Source: an uncultured virus (IMG/VR IMGVR_UViG_3300009688_000445) | Taxonomy: Duplodnaviria; Heunggongvirae; Uroviricota; Caudoviricetes | Reading direction: 5' to 3' (one strand) | Length of the DNA: 64,000 bases | Virus record (IMG/VR): IMGVR_UViG_3300009688_000445 | Part shown: in pieces, positions 50,804-60,952 of the stretch | How positions within the stretch are numbered: position 1 is the stretch's first letter | How the letters are laid out: the number at the start of each line of letters is the position of its first letter | Notes under the pieces: model-generated | What the model was told of the DNA's origin: nothing | Seen by the model: the letters and a program-made list of their open reading frames with translations, nothing else | Database searches by the model: none | Translations under genes and position numbers: made by a program

Positions 50804-51979
50804 ATGAGTAATATAATAGAATTTATATCTAAATGTTTTGCTTTTAAAAAACTCAGAAAAGCAAATTATAAATGTGAATTTACTGGTGTAGAACTTTCAG
50901 GAAGTACTGGATTTGCAGTATATTCTATTTATAATATTGCAGAAATAGAAGAGTATGTAAAATCATATGAAAATAAAGATGAGATTATTTACTGGGTTTT
51001 CGATAGAATGTGGGAAGATTGGCTTTTGATAATTTCAAAAGATGTTCACTTCGAGCAAGAAGAAAAGGTTAGACAATCAATTAAATCGTTAGATGACTAT
51101 GCAAAAAAGATTATAGATAAAGTTATAGATAATCTAAAAACTCCTCTAGGTTCTAGAACAGCATATATTAATGAGTACGATCCTACTCTGCTTCTTCCAG
51201 TTAAAAGACAACCTACACGTGAAGCAATTGGATATGAGTATATTCCTTTTGTAGGTCTAGATGTATGGAATGGTTATGAATTATCTTATCTGGATAGAAA
51301 TGGAAAACCTGTAAATAAAATGATTCGTATTGCTTATGATTCAGATAGTGAATCTATTATAGAATCTAAATCGTTAAAACTTTATTTTAATTCTTTTAAT
51401 AACACTATAGTAGAAAAATTAGGTAAAGGTAATATAATAGATATTATTAAGCAAGATTTAAAACAAGCAATTAAATGTAATTCTATAGAAGCATACTTTA
51501 TAGAAACAAATTATATTCATGATTTTGCTAAGTATTACTATCCTATAGATCAATTACGTTGTGATAAGTATTCATATGATTATGACCCAGATTTGCTTGA
51601 AATTCAACCTTCATTATATAATTATCCTATTTTTCTAAAGACAGATTTACTTAAATCTAACTGTAGACACAGTGGTTTACCAGATTGGGGAACTGCTTAT
51701 ATTTCTTATGAACCAAATTCTGCGCAATTGGATCCTTATTCTGTTTTAAAATATATAATTTCTTTCAGAAATCACAGAGAATTTCATGAAGAGTGTTGTG
51801 AAAGAATTATGCACGATATCATGTTTAAAATTAACCCAAAATGGTTACGTGTAGAACTTCGGTACACACGTAGGGGCGGTTTAGATATCAACCCAATTCG
51901 TGTATTTGATTCAATAGGTGAGTATAATTATGATTTTCATGTTGAATTTTCTAGATATGCAAGGGAGATAAGGCAATAG
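50804..51979 (+). CDS. queF: preQ0 reductase (bimodular QueF) with N-terminal extension
   Basis: DVWNGYELS, ESKSLKLYFNSF, LKSNC..PDWG, EFHEEC, YTRRGGLDINP, C-terminal RQ; likely start is ATG 50804. Confidence 0.9.
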   Translation: MSNIIEFISKCFAFKKLRKANYKCEFTGVELSGSTGFAVYSIYNIAEIEEYVKSYENKDEIIYWVFDRMWEDWLLIISKDVHFEQEEKVRQSIKSLDDYAKKIIDKVIDNLKTPLGSRTAYINEYDPTLLLPVKRQPTREAIGYEYIPFVGLDVWNGYELSYLDRNGKPVNKMIRIAYDSDSESIIESKSLKLYFNSFNNTIVEKLGKGNIIDIIKQDLKQAIKCNSIEAYFIETNYIHDFAKYYYPIDQLRCDKYSYDYDPDLLEIQPSLYNYPIFLKTDLLKSNCRHSGLPDWGTAYISYEPNSAQLDPYSVLKYIISFRNHREFHEECCERIMHDIMFKINPKWLRVELRYTRRGGLDINPIRVFDSIGEYNYDFHVEFSRYAREIRQ

Positions 51980-53002
51980 ATGGAGAGATTAGTTCTTTCT
52001 GCTTTCATACGCTATTATCATATCTGCAAATACTTAGGAGCCAAGAACTTACTTGGCTCCAAGCATTATCCAGAGCAGATAGTAAAAGCTTTGGATTATG
52101 TTCAAGGCACAGATGCTATTAATCCTATAACAGGAGAAAGAGATAAAGGTATAGATGGCGTAAATCTTATTATAGATTCTGGAGCTTTTTCTGTTTGGAA
52201 TGCAGGTGGTAAATTAGATGTAATGGAATATATTGAATTTTTACGAAAATTTGAAAAAGAACACAGATCTAAATTTAATGAAGTATGGTATGTTAATTTA
52301 GACGTTATTCCAGGAAAACAAGGTGAATCACCTACTATGCAGCAAATTAATGATGCAATAGAGGAAGGATTTAAGAATTATGATATCATGCGAAATGAAT
52401 TTGATAATGTAATTCATGTATTCCACCAAGGTGATTCAGAAGAAGCATTATTACGATTATTAGATACAAAACCTGCTTATATTGGTATATCTCCTTCTAA
52501 TGATGTTATGACACCTCAGAGAACCATTTGGTTGGACGAAACTTTTAAGAAAGTACCGAAGGAAGTTAGAACTCATGGATTTGCTGTAACATCTTTTGAT
52601 TTAATGAAATCATTCGATTGGTTTAGTGTAGATTCAACTTCTTGGTTTATGATAGGAATGTATGGAAAGTTATCTATACCTTTTAATTCTAAAGGAAAGG
52701 TTGTGTTAGGTGACGACGATGTATATTCCAAAAAAGAAATTAGTGTTTCTGTAGAAAAAGCAAGTAAAGGTCCAGATGGATATAAATTTTTAATGCAATC
52801 ACATAAAAAAGGTAATAAAGCTTTTCTTGAACAAGTAAATCAATATATAGAATATCTGTGCAAGAGATATCCATTTATAACACCTTCAGATTTATTTTGT
52901 GAAAGAAATCAAGCAAGAGTATTTGCTAATTTAAATGTGTTTTTAGATTTCGAAAGACAAGGTAAAAGAACCTGTAATGTAGAAGTAAATTCATTGTTCT
53001 AA
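51980..53002 (+). CDS. dpdA: DpdA-like DNA guanine transglycosylase (TGT fold)
   Basis: IIDSGAFS, NLDVIP, HVFHQG, HGFA and SVDSTSW motifs; terminal gene of the Que cluster. Confidence 0.75.
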   Translation: MERLVLSAFIRYYHICKYLGAKNLLGSKHYPEQIVKALDYVQGTDAINPITGERDKGIDGVNLIIDSGAFSVWNAGGKLDVMEYIEFLRKFEKEHRSKFNEVWYVNLDVIPGKQGESPTMQQINDAIEEGFKNYDIMRNEFDNVIHVFHQGDSEEALLRLLDTKPAYIGISPSNDVMTPQRTIWLDETFKKVPKEVRTHGFAVTSFDLMKSFDWFSVDSTSWFMIGMYGKLSIPFNSKGKVVLGDDDVYSKKEISVSVEKASKGPDGYKFLMQSHKKGNKAFLEQVNQYIEYLCKRYPFITPSDLFCERNQARVFANLNVFLDFERQGKRTCNVEVNSLF

Positions 53003-53017
53003 AGGAGAAGGATATTT

Positions 53018-53224
53018 ATGGTAATATATAATCCTCCACCTCAAAACCAGAGTAGAAAAAAAAGAATTCTTGGTAGAATAGTAAGATTATTATTTTGGAT
53101 TTGGTTATTTGGAGCAATACCTATAGGTGTTCTTATTAATAGTACCGCTGCACTGTATTGGATTTTAAGCCCATTTATAGTTATAGTAATATTAGGAATC
53201 GCCAATCATATTTGGAATGGATAA
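53018..53224 (+). CDS. Small membrane protein with two transmembrane segments
   Basis: Basic N-terminus followed by two hydrophobic helices. Confidence 0.6.
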   Translation: MVIYNPPPQNQSRKKRILGRIVRLLFWIWLFGAIPIGVLINSTAALYWILSPFIVIVILGIANHIWNG

Positions 53225-53247
53225 TTAAATTAAAATTAGAGGAAAAT

Positions 53248-53553
53248 ATGGAGACACTTGGTAAAATAACATTTGAAAAGGATGTATTAAATAGTTTAAA
53301 ATTTTATACCATGTTATCAATTTTTCTTGGTAGTCAGGGTATGTCTGAAGAAAGATGTTCTAGAGCTCTTACAGAATATATTCATATGTTAAAAGAAAAT
53401 GATGATCATTTTAAAGATCCAGAAGTTATGTGTGCTTATTTACAAGAAGCTTATAATAAGTTACCAGCTGATTTTCTAGAATTATTCGAAATACCTTCTG
53501 GGCTGGGTGATGGGATACGAATACTTGATAAAACCTATAATTGGATAAAATAA
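53248..53553 (+). CDS. Hypothetical protein
   Basis: ATG 53248 with GAGG RBS. Confidence 0.6.
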   Translation: METLGKITFEKDVLNSLKFYTMLSIFLGSQGMSEERCSRALTEYIHMLKENDDHFKDPEVMCAYLQEAYNKLPADFLELFEIPSGLGDGIRILDKTYNWIK

Positions 53554-53567
53554 CTTAAGGAGTAGAT

Positions 53568-54977
53568 ATGGCAGACGTAAAAGTTAAAGAAAAGAAAGAA
53601 AGTACATTTGTTGCGGATAAAGAACTATCTCCAGTAATTAATCAAATAAATAAAGAATTTGGTACCACCAAAATTACTACTCTTACTAAAGCTAAATCTT
53701 TTGCAGTTAAAAGATATTTTAGTGGTTCTTTTGGTATTGATCACATTACTGGTGGTGGATATACCTATAAAAGAATTCTTTTATTATATGGTCATAAAAG
53801 TAGCGGAAAGAATAGTCAGCTTTACCAAATGCTTGCTTATAATCAGAGACTATGCAGACATTGTAAAGGTGTTCTTCCTGAATATTTTGAAGCAAAAACA
53901 TACGATAGATGGACAAATATTTTAGTTAATTATAAAAATATACCTGTGTGTAATTGTGGAAAAGCACAAGGTAAGATATTTCTTCTTCTAGATTATGAAA
54001 AGTCGCTAGGTGTAGAAGAACCAAGACCTACTATAGTTAGATCTATTACAAATAGAAATACTGGCGATGAAATCAATGAAAATGATTATAATCAACAGGT
54101 AGATATTCTAAAAGATCTTAAAGCTAAAGATAAACTAACAGATGTAGAACAATCTATGATAAAAAACATAGAAACTTGGCTACAAAATCTAGATATAAAA
54201 GAACAAGAAATTACTAAGATACCAGAAACCGATTATATGTCAGCTTGTGGAATTAATATCGATAATCTTTTGGTTGCAGAACCCAAGTTTATGGACGAAG
54301 GTATTGATATTGTTAAGAAGATTGTTAAATCTAGAGAAGTAGATGGAATTATTTGGGATTCTATCCAAGCTGCAATTCCAATGTATGTGGAAAAACGAGA
54401 TGCAGAAGAAGCAACAATGGGTGTTGAAGCAAAATTAACAGGTCTTTTAATGAGACAGATTGGTGCAGCATTTGCAGCAGATGATCTTCTTGATCCTGGC
54501 GAAGCATATAAACCTACAGTATTTATTACTTCACAAGTTAGAAGTGAATTAGGTACAATGTATGCTAAACCAGATTCATACTCTGGCGGTAATGCTTTAG
54601 CTCATCATATTTCTCTTGCTCTAGAAGTTAAAAGAGATAAGTTTCTAGATCAAAACGGAAGAGAGGCTGCTTGGGGGACTGTTTATTATGGTCAGCAAAC
54701 TAGAGTTAGAGCAGAAAAAAGTAAAATAAGTTCACCAGGTGAAATGTTCACATATGATTATTACTTTAAGGCAACTCCACAATTTCCTGTTGGTACTATA
54801 GATCATATTAAAGAGATAATGGATTTAGGTATCGCTTTTTCACTAATAAAGCAAAGAGGACCTTATTTCGATTGCAACGGAAAAACGTTTCAAGGTAAAA
54901 ATGCTTTAAGAGAAGCTCTTGCAATGGATCCTTCTTTCACTTCACAATTATATAATGATATTATAAAAAGGTGCTAG
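53568..54977 (+). CDS. recA: RecA-like recombinase with insertions
   Basis: SGSFGID..GGG, GHKSSGK, DYE, WDS, SQVR, SGGNALAH, QGK motifs. Confidence 0.85.
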   Translation: MADVKVKEKKESTFVADKELSPVINQINKEFGTTKITTLTKAKSFAVKRYFSGSFGIDHITGGGYTYKRILLLYGHKSSGKNSQLYQMLAYNQRLCRHCKGVLPEYFEAKTYDRWTNILVNYKNIPVCNCGKAQGKIFLLLDYEKSLGVEEPRPTIVRSITNRNTGDEINENDYNQQVDILKDLKAKDKLTDVEQSMIKNIETWLQNLDIKEQEITKIPETDYMSACGINIDNLLVAEPKFMDEGIDIVKKIVKSREVDGIIWDSIQAAIPMYVEKRDAEEATMGVEAKLTGLLMRQIGAAFAADDLLDPGEAYKPTVFITSQVRSELGTMYAKPDSYSGGNALAHHISLALEVKRDKFLDQNGREAAWGTVYYGQQTRVRAEKSKISSPGEMFTYDYYFKATPQFPVGTIDHIKEIMDLGIAFSLIKQRGPYFDCNGKTFQGKNALREALAMDPSFTSQLYNDIIKRC

Positions 54978-55481
54978 ATGAATTATAAGAAGATATCCAC
55001 CAAGAGAGAAAAAGAAATTGCAAAAGATATTTCAGGACAAAGACATGTAGGTTCTGGAAATGTCTGGTTTAAAAGAGGCGATGCAAGTAATGAATTTCTT
55101 CTTATAGAAGATAAATTTGTTATATCAGATAGATACAGTATTAAGTTAGATATAATAGATAAATTAACATCACAAGCACATAAACAAGGAAAATTACCTA
55201 TTTTGAGATTTGGATTTAGTAATAGATCCATATTTCAGAACTATGCATGTATAGAATCTTGTTATTGTAACCAAGAAGCAGAAGTAGGCTCTATTATGTT
55301 CTATACTTCTAGTAAGAAAAGTAAAACTATTAAATATAATGATTTATACGCTGCATTAACTACCTTTCAAGGTGATCCCATTGTATTAAAGTTGGTATTC
55401 TATGAAGAAAGAAGAACCTTCTATATAATAGAATGGCAAGATTTTTTAAAATCTCAAGAAAATCTTATTGTTTCTTTTTAG
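54978..55481 (+). CDS. PD-(D/E)xK resolvase-like nuclease (Hjc-like)
   Basis: RE..GSG..GD..LIEDK. Confidence 0.65.
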   Translation: MNYKKISTKREKEIAKDISGQRHVGSGNVWFKRGDASNEFLLIEDKFVISDRYSIKLDIIDKLTSQAHKQGKLPILRFGFSNRSIFQNYACIESCYCNQEAEVGSIMFYTSSKKSKTIKYNDLYAALTTFQGDPIVLKLVFYEERRTFYIIEWQDFLKSQENLIVSF

Positions 55482-55536
55482 AAAAACTATATAATATAAT
55501 ATTATATAGTATAATACCATTTAAAGGGTTAATATA

Positions 55537-56265
55537 TTGAAATGTCCTTACGGAATCTGTAGCGGAACGGGCTTTATGCCAGTAATCTCTGCAACAGGTG
55601 AGCAAGAATTTACTCCGTGTAAATGCCGCCTGGAAAGAATACAGAAAGAATCGTTAAGAAAAAAAAGAATAGAAGCCAGAATCCCGGTTCGATACTGGGA
55701 TTATTCTTTTGATAATTATAAAGCTCTAGCAAAAATGCTAGAGCCTAAGTTATTACCAGCAGTTATTGCTTCAAATGCAGAATATCTTAAAGTTTTAGAA
55801 AATTATATAGATAACCCTCAAAAATTATTAGAAGGTCCTCAGGTTCTATGGATTTGGGGTACAGATGATAATGCTTGTCATACAACCCTAGCTACTGTTT
55901 TAGCAGATAGCTTATTAAAAGTTAATGTGAAAGTTCTTTTTCTTGAATTTTATAAACTAATGGAGATGTTTACAAATTTTTCTTCAAGATCTGAATATTT
56001 TCAGCAATTACAAGGGTATCAAGTATACATTTTAGATGACGCATTCGATACCACTAGATGTAATCCTACAAATTATAAACAATCTCAGTTATTTGGGTTT
56101 GTTAATGATTTATTAAATGATAATAAGCATATAATCTGTACATCTAATATTAGTGCTAAAAGTATTGACAATATTTTTAGTCAATTAAGAATAATTATTA
56201 ATAGATCTGTGGAAGAAGTTAGACTTCAAGGATCTTTTACACCTATTCTTCAACATCTTAAATAA
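55537..56265 (+). CDS. DnaC/DnaI-like helicase loader with degenerate Walker A
   Basis: N-terminal Zn motif, ARIP.RY..SFDNY, ILDD, CTSN; TTG start. Confidence 0.7.
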   Translation: MKCPYGICSGTGFMPVISATGEQEFTPCKCRLERIQKESLRKKRIEARIPVRYWDYSFDNYKALAKMLEPKLLPAVIASNAEYLKVLENYIDNPQKLLEGPQVLWIWGTDDNACHTTLATVLADSLLKVNVKVLFLEFYKLMEMFTNFSSRSEYFQQLQGYQVYILDDAFDTTRCNPTNYKQSQLFGFVNDLLNDNKHIICTSNISAKSIDNIFSQLRIIINRSVEEVRLQGSFTPILQHLK

Positions 56266-56267
56266 AT

Positions 56268-56489
56268 ATGGCAAAATTATTAACCTTCAAGTGTGAAGAT
56301 GTAATTTTTGATGTTTATGATACTGAAAGAGTTCCTATGGACTCAAGTAAATATCAATATTTTATCACACCAAGAAGATTTGCACGAATAGAAGCCTGGA
56401 GAATTCAAAATAACTTAAATTCTCCAATTTCTACTAAAGAACAATTAGATTATCTTATACAAAATGATATGATAGGGACGTATAAATAG
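56268..56489 (+). CDS. Hypothetical protein
   Basis: 73-aa ORF in the operon. Confidence 0.55.
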   Translation: MAKLLTFKCEDVIFDVYDTERVPMDSSKYQYFITPRRFARIEAWRIQNNLNSPISTKEQLDYLIQNDMIGTYK

Positions 56490-56494
56490 AATCT

Positions 56495-57964
56495 ATGTCA
56501 GATACCTTTGCACTACCAGAATTGCCAATAGATTTAGATAATGAAGCATTAATTTTATCTAATGCTCTTAAAAATAAAAAGAATAGAGATCTTTTTATAA
56601 GAAAAACAGATTATCTTGATTTTAGATACAAAGAAAATCAAGTGGTAGCATGGGCAATTAAAGCAGTAGAAGAACAGAAGATGGATATTAATTCTGATGC
56701 TGTTTTATTAAAGTCAAAATCCTGTCCTGTAAGATATAATGTAGATTACAACTTTATTGATAGTTTAATTCAAAACTTTCCAGAAGTTGGTGAAGTAAAC
56801 TATGACACTCATATTTCTAAACTACAATTAGATAAGATTAAATCTGAATTAGTAACAACATTCCATAAATCCATATATACTGCATGTTTAAATCCTAGAT
56901 CAGATTTAAACTTTTTAGCAGCAAGAATGCAAAACGTAAATGATATCCTTCAAAAAGGATATTCCTATAGTCAAGTTCAATTCAAAGATATGAAGCAAGT
57001 CGTAGACGAATATAGAGAATATCGCAAACATTCTCAAGGTTTTTATACTACTGGATTTACACAATTGGATGCATATTTAACTGAAGGATATAAACCAAAG
57101 GGTATCTGTATTATTGCAGGTTTGCCTGGGATGGGTAAAAGCTCTCTGTGTTTAAGTTCAATGAATAACCTTGCTAATCAAGGTATTTATTCTGCACAGT
57201 TTGCATTAGAAATGGATAATAATGCATTAGCCAGTAAACTAGCTTCTTACAATTCGAGAATAAGTGTAGAAAGAATTATAAAGCACTATGATAAATTAAC
57301 AGATGAAGAAAAGAAACTATTAGAATATGAACTTGATAGATTAGCTACTAATAAGTATCTACGATTTAATGATACGCCATCACAAAATCTGGATACTATT
57401 CGAGAACAAATAATGGTATTACAAGATCATTTGAAACAAGAATATATAGTAGTTTCAATAGACTTATTTGGTAAAATAAGAGAGTTTCAAGATAGTGATA
57501 GTTTTGCTACAGATTATGAAAAGAAATTAAATGAAGTACAGATTATGGCAAAGGAAACAGGTGTATGTATTATACCTGTTGCACAGATACATAGATTAGA
57601 ATCTGGAAGAAAATTTAAAAGACCAAAAATGAGTGATTTGAAAAACTCAGGTGCCTGGGAAGAAGTAGCAGATTTAATTTTAGCAGTGCATAGACCGTGG
57701 TATGACCCAGAAACAGCAATGAAGAAACAGATAGCTGAAAATGAATATAGATACGGAACAGGAGAAGAACCAGAAGAATTAGAGGACGATCCTAATGAAT
57801 CTATTGCGGAAGTAATTATTCTTAAACAGAGGATGGGTGAAGGGAATAAGATTATTAATTTCTTTTTTGATAAAATAACAACTAGATATAGTGCTATTAC
57901 ACCAGAATTTCAAGATACTTTGAATGCCCAAAAAGATATAGATCCTGAGGACGTACCCATATGA
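56495..57964 (+). CDS. dnaB: Replicative DNA helicase
   Basis: TGF..LD, AGLPGMGKS, LEM, AQIHR, DLKNSGAWEEVAD, KQRMG. Confidence 0.92.
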   Translation: MSDTFALPELPIDLDNEALILSNALKNKKNRDLFIRKTDYLDFRYKENQVVAWAIKAVEEQKMDINSDAVLLKSKSCPVRYNVDYNFIDSLIQNFPEVGEVNYDTHISKLQLDKIKSELVTTFHKSIYTACLNPRSDLNFLAARMQNVNDILQKGYSYSQVQFKDMKQVVDEYREYRKHSQGFYTTGFTQLDAYLTEGYKPKGICIIAGLPGMGKSSLCLSSMNNLANQGIYSAQFALEMDNNALASKLASYNSRISVERIIKHYDKLTDEEKKLLEYELDRLATNKYLRFNDTPSQNLDTIREQIMVLQDHLKQEYIVVSIDLFGKIREFQDSDSFATDYEKKLNEVQIMAKETGVCIIPVAQIHRLESGRKFKRPKMSDLKNSGAWEEVADLILAVHRPWYDPETAMKKQIAENEYRYGTGEEPEELEDDPNESIAEVIILKQRMGEGNKIINFFFDKITTRYSAITPEFQDTLNAQKDIDPEDVPI

Positions 57965-58158
57965 ATATAATTGATGTAGATATATGTAAATCCTGTAAAA
58001 ATTTAAATCTCTTGACAAAAGAATTTCATCTTTATTATCTAGATTGCAAGATTAATGGAAATAAATTTATTTTGGAAAAAGAATTATTTAACTGTGATTC
58101 TTTTAAACCCATCATAGAACAGAAGAAAGAAGGATTCTTTAAAAAATTATTTAAATAG
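57961..58158 (+). CDS. Hypothetical protein
   Basis: 65 aa with CxxC; ATGA overlap. Confidence 0.55.
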   Translation: MNIIDVDICKSCKNLNLLTKEFHLYYLDCKINGNKFILEKELFNCDSFKPIIEQKKEGFFKKLFK

Positions 58159-58160
58159 AT

Positions 58161-59147
58161 ATGCAAAACTATAACGTAGAAAAAATACTTAAAGATCTTA
58201 ATATAGCATATAAAAAATCTGGTAATAATGCTAGAATTAAATGTTTAAATCCTCATCACAACGAAAAAGAACCCTCCATGTTTGTTCATTTAGATGACGG
58301 AAAGTTTCACTGCTTTGGTTGCGGAACTAAAGGTAATATTTTTACTCTAGCAAAAATGGAATTAAAGCTAGATGATAATGAAGCAAAAAAATATGTAATT
58401 GAGCAGACAAAAGGTGGTAATACCGAAGAAGAGGTATACAATCATCTTATAGAAGAAATGTCAAAGAGATCTCAGAAAAAAGAATGCTCTGAATTTACAG
58501 AAGTTAGAGAATTAGATACACTACCGATTACTTCTAATTTTTATCTAGAATACCAAAGAGGATTTACTAAAGAAGAAATTCATAGATGGAATATACGGCA
58601 GGTTAATACTCCTAGACAACCCTATCATAACTGGATTTATATTCCTATTTATTATAAAGGAAAGCTAAGAACTTGGTTTATTAGAAGTCCTCTTTCTAAT
58701 AGAAAAGTATATGGTTATCATAAAGAAGGTGATACAGTAGTAGGATATCCAAGAAAGGATATCTTATTTGGATACGATACAATTCCTTTTAATACGGAAG
58801 AAGTTTATGGATTTGAAGGAATTTTTGATAAAATTTGGTTTGAAAGAACCAGACGGCAATCTCTAGCGTTTTTGGGTAATAGAATTTCTAAAGAACAGCG
58901 AGAAGCATTAAAAAGATTTAAAACTCTAGTTTTAGGGTTAGACAATGATAATGCTAGTTTACAGTTAATAGAAGATGCATTACAGCTATCTTCTGTTTTA
59001 GAGGTACGAGTATGGTGCCCACCCGTATCTAAAAAAGATGCAAACGAATGCACACTAGAAGAAATGCTAGAATCTATATTTAAAGAAGTAGATATAGCAG
59101 AATTTATAAAATCAGAGAGGTTTTTACAATGGTCCTTGAGCAAGTAG
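58161..59147 (+). CDS. dnaG: DNA primase
   Basis: CHC2 Zn finger (CLNPHH..HCFGC), TOPRIM EGIFD, LDND, KDANE. Confidence 0.9.
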   Translation: MQNYNVEKILKDLNIAYKKSGNNARIKCLNPHHNEKEPSMFVHLDDGKFHCFGCGTKGNIFTLAKMELKLDDNEAKKYVIEQTKGGNTEEEVYNHLIEEMSKRSQKKECSEFTEVRELDTLPITSNFYLEYQRGFTKEEIHRWNIRQVNTPRQPYHNWIYIPIYYKGKLRTWFIRSPLSNRKVYGYHKEGDTVVGYPRKDILFGYDTIPFNTEEVYGFEGIFDKIWFERTRRQSLAFLGNRISKEQREALKRFKTLVLGLDNDNASLQLIEDALQLSSVLEVRVWCPPVSKKDANECTLEEMLESIFKEVDIAEFIKSERFLQWSLSK

Positions 59148-59347
59148 ATTCATCTAATATCGATGCAGCAGGATATGATTCAACTAGTAGCAAAATGATT
59201 ATCAGATTCAAAACTGGTATATATTACGAGTATCTAAAAGTTCCAGAAGTTATTTATAACAGATTTAAAGAAGCACAATCTAAAGGTAGTTTTTTTAATC
59301 AAAATATAAGAAATTCTTATAATTGTAATAGAATAGATACCTTATAA
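59129..59347 (+). CDS. KTSC domain protein
   Basis: VDSSNI..GYD..F..G..YEY..VP..SKGSFFN..IR. Confidence 0.85.
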   Translation: MVLEQVDSSNIDAAGYDSTSSKMIIRFKTGIYYEYLKVPEVIYNRFKEAQSKGSFFNQNIRNSYNCNRIDTL

Positions 59348-59408
59348 GTTTAAATGGTAGTTGTTGCATTATAAGAAATATATTATATTTAAATTACGGA
59401 ATCAAATA

Positions 59409-59840
59409 ATGAAATTAAAAATAAATTTAGAAAAATTACCTCCTACATATGACTCACTTATTATAGACAGATTAGAAAAGAAAAATCTACCTTCTTGTAT
59501 GGGTGGAATGCTTCTTCCTATTTTAAATCAGATAGAAGAAATAGAAGACACAGATATTATAGCACCTACTGAAAGTATACCAGAAATCAATCGAGCGAAT
59601 GTAGATCTAACAGAAGTTTGTGCTAATTCTGACAAAGTCCTTACAGGAAATAGTATGACTGTTTCTGGTTTAAAACATATACTAGCATTTAAAGAATCTA
59701 AGGCAAATGCTTTTGTAGACCAATGTGAAAAATGCATTAATTGTACGTATATAGAAGTATGTAATAATCTAACACGCAATACACTACAATCATTTGCAAT
59801 AATGCAATCTTTATCAATTAAAGGAGTATCGAATGAATAA
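59409..59840 (+). CDS. Hypothetical protein with CxxCxxC motif, coupled to the tubulin gene
   Basis: Likely ATG at 59409; overlaps the next start codon. Confidence 0.6.
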   Translation: MKLKINLEKLPPTYDSLIIDRLEKKNLPSCMGGMLLPILNQIEEIEDTDIIAPTESIPEINRANVDLTEVCANSDKVLTGNSMTVSGLKHILAFKESKANAFVDQCEKCINCTYIEVCNNLTRNTLQSFAIMQSLSIKGVSNE

Positions 59841-60924
59841 ATTCTTTAGATTTATAGGTTTGGGTCAATGCGGTCTACGAATATCTCAAGAATTTGAAAA
59901 AATGGGATTTTATACGTCTATTATTAATTCTGACGAAATAGATGAAAGAGGATATGAGATAGAATCAGATAGATTGCTTGTTTTAAAAGGAACAGGAACA
60001 GGTAAATCTTTAAAGATAGGAAAACAAATTATAGAAAATAATAAAAGTAAATTTGAATCCTTTATCAGAAAGAATTGCAATAAGAATGGTGTTACAATCT
60101 TTATTGCAGGAGGTGGTGGAGGAACAGGTGGATCTTTTATTGCTCCTGCAGTAGAATATACAAAAAGTTTAGGGTATAAAGTAGGCGTAATTTATACTCT
60201 TCCACCTAAAATGCTAGGCATCGTAACAGCAAAAAATTCCTTGATTACTTTAAAAGAACTTTTAAAACTTGAAACAGATTTCTTTATGCTGGTAGATAAT
60301 GAATTATTAATAGAAGAAGTAGGAAAAGATGATACTTGGTGGGGTAAGATAAATAGAATGATATTATCTACTTTCTATTCATCTACTGAAATTATACGTG
60401 AAAATAAAACAGCTCAACAAGGTTTAGGTTCTATAGATAGAGGTGAGGTAATTAGAAGTTTAACTTATGGAAAAGGTTGTACAGATATTAGAAGATACTA
60501 TCTAACCACAGAAGATTGTGGAAAAAGTGAAGAGGAGCTAAGTACTTTACTTTTTCATCCTCAACTTGTAGAAGGATATAATTATAAAGAATCCAAATGT
60601 TATTTGGTATCGATAGACGTACCACAATCTGGAAATTATAGCTTGATATCAAAGAAAATATTTGATATTATAAAGCATCGCGTAGGTAATGCTATATCAA
60701 TATTGGGTATGTTTACAGATCCACTTTTAAAAGATTCTGTTAAAGTAACAATTATAAATTCTGGATTACAATTACCTAAAATACTCCAATCTAGAATAAA
60801 GAATCTAAGAAGAGATGAAAATGCTTTTCAACATAAACAAGAAAAGGAGGATCAAACTATTCAAGTTATTTCAGAATTAACATTTGATGAAGATCTCTCA
60901 CTAGATAAAGACTTTCAACTATAA
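59833..60924 (+). CDS. Tubulin/FtsZ-family GTPase (TubZ/PhuZ-like)
   Basis: GLGQCG, GTGK, GGGGGTGGS, VDNE, SIDRGE; acidic C-terminal tail. Confidence 0.85.
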   Translation: MNKFFRFIGLGQCGLRISQEFEKMGFYTSIINSDEIDERGYEIESDRLLVLKGTGTGKSLKIGKQIIENNKSKFESFIRKNCNKNGVTIFIAGGGGGTGGSFIAPAVEYTKSLGYKVGVIYTLPPKMLGIVTAKNSLITLKELLKLETDFFMLVDNELLIEEVGKDDTWWGKINRMILSTFYSSTEIIRENKTAQQGLGSIDRGEVIRSLTYGKGCTDIRRYYLTTEDCGKSEEELSTLLFHPQLVEGYNYKESKCYLVSIDVPQSGNYSLISKKIFDIIKHRVGNAISILGMFTDPLLKDSVKVTIINSGLQLPKILQSRIKNLRRDENAFQHKQEKEDQTIQVISELTFDEDLSLDKDFQL

Positions 60925-60952
60925 TAGCTATCAAATTATACGGAGGCTTTAC

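Noticed and set aside
53568..54977. Intein in RecA
   Set aside because: The inserts lack intein N-terminal and HN-C/S/T C-terminal motifs.
54975..54980. recA-TAG-ATG in-frame junction as a programmed fusion
   Set aside because: Both proteins look complete; ordinary translational coupling explains it.
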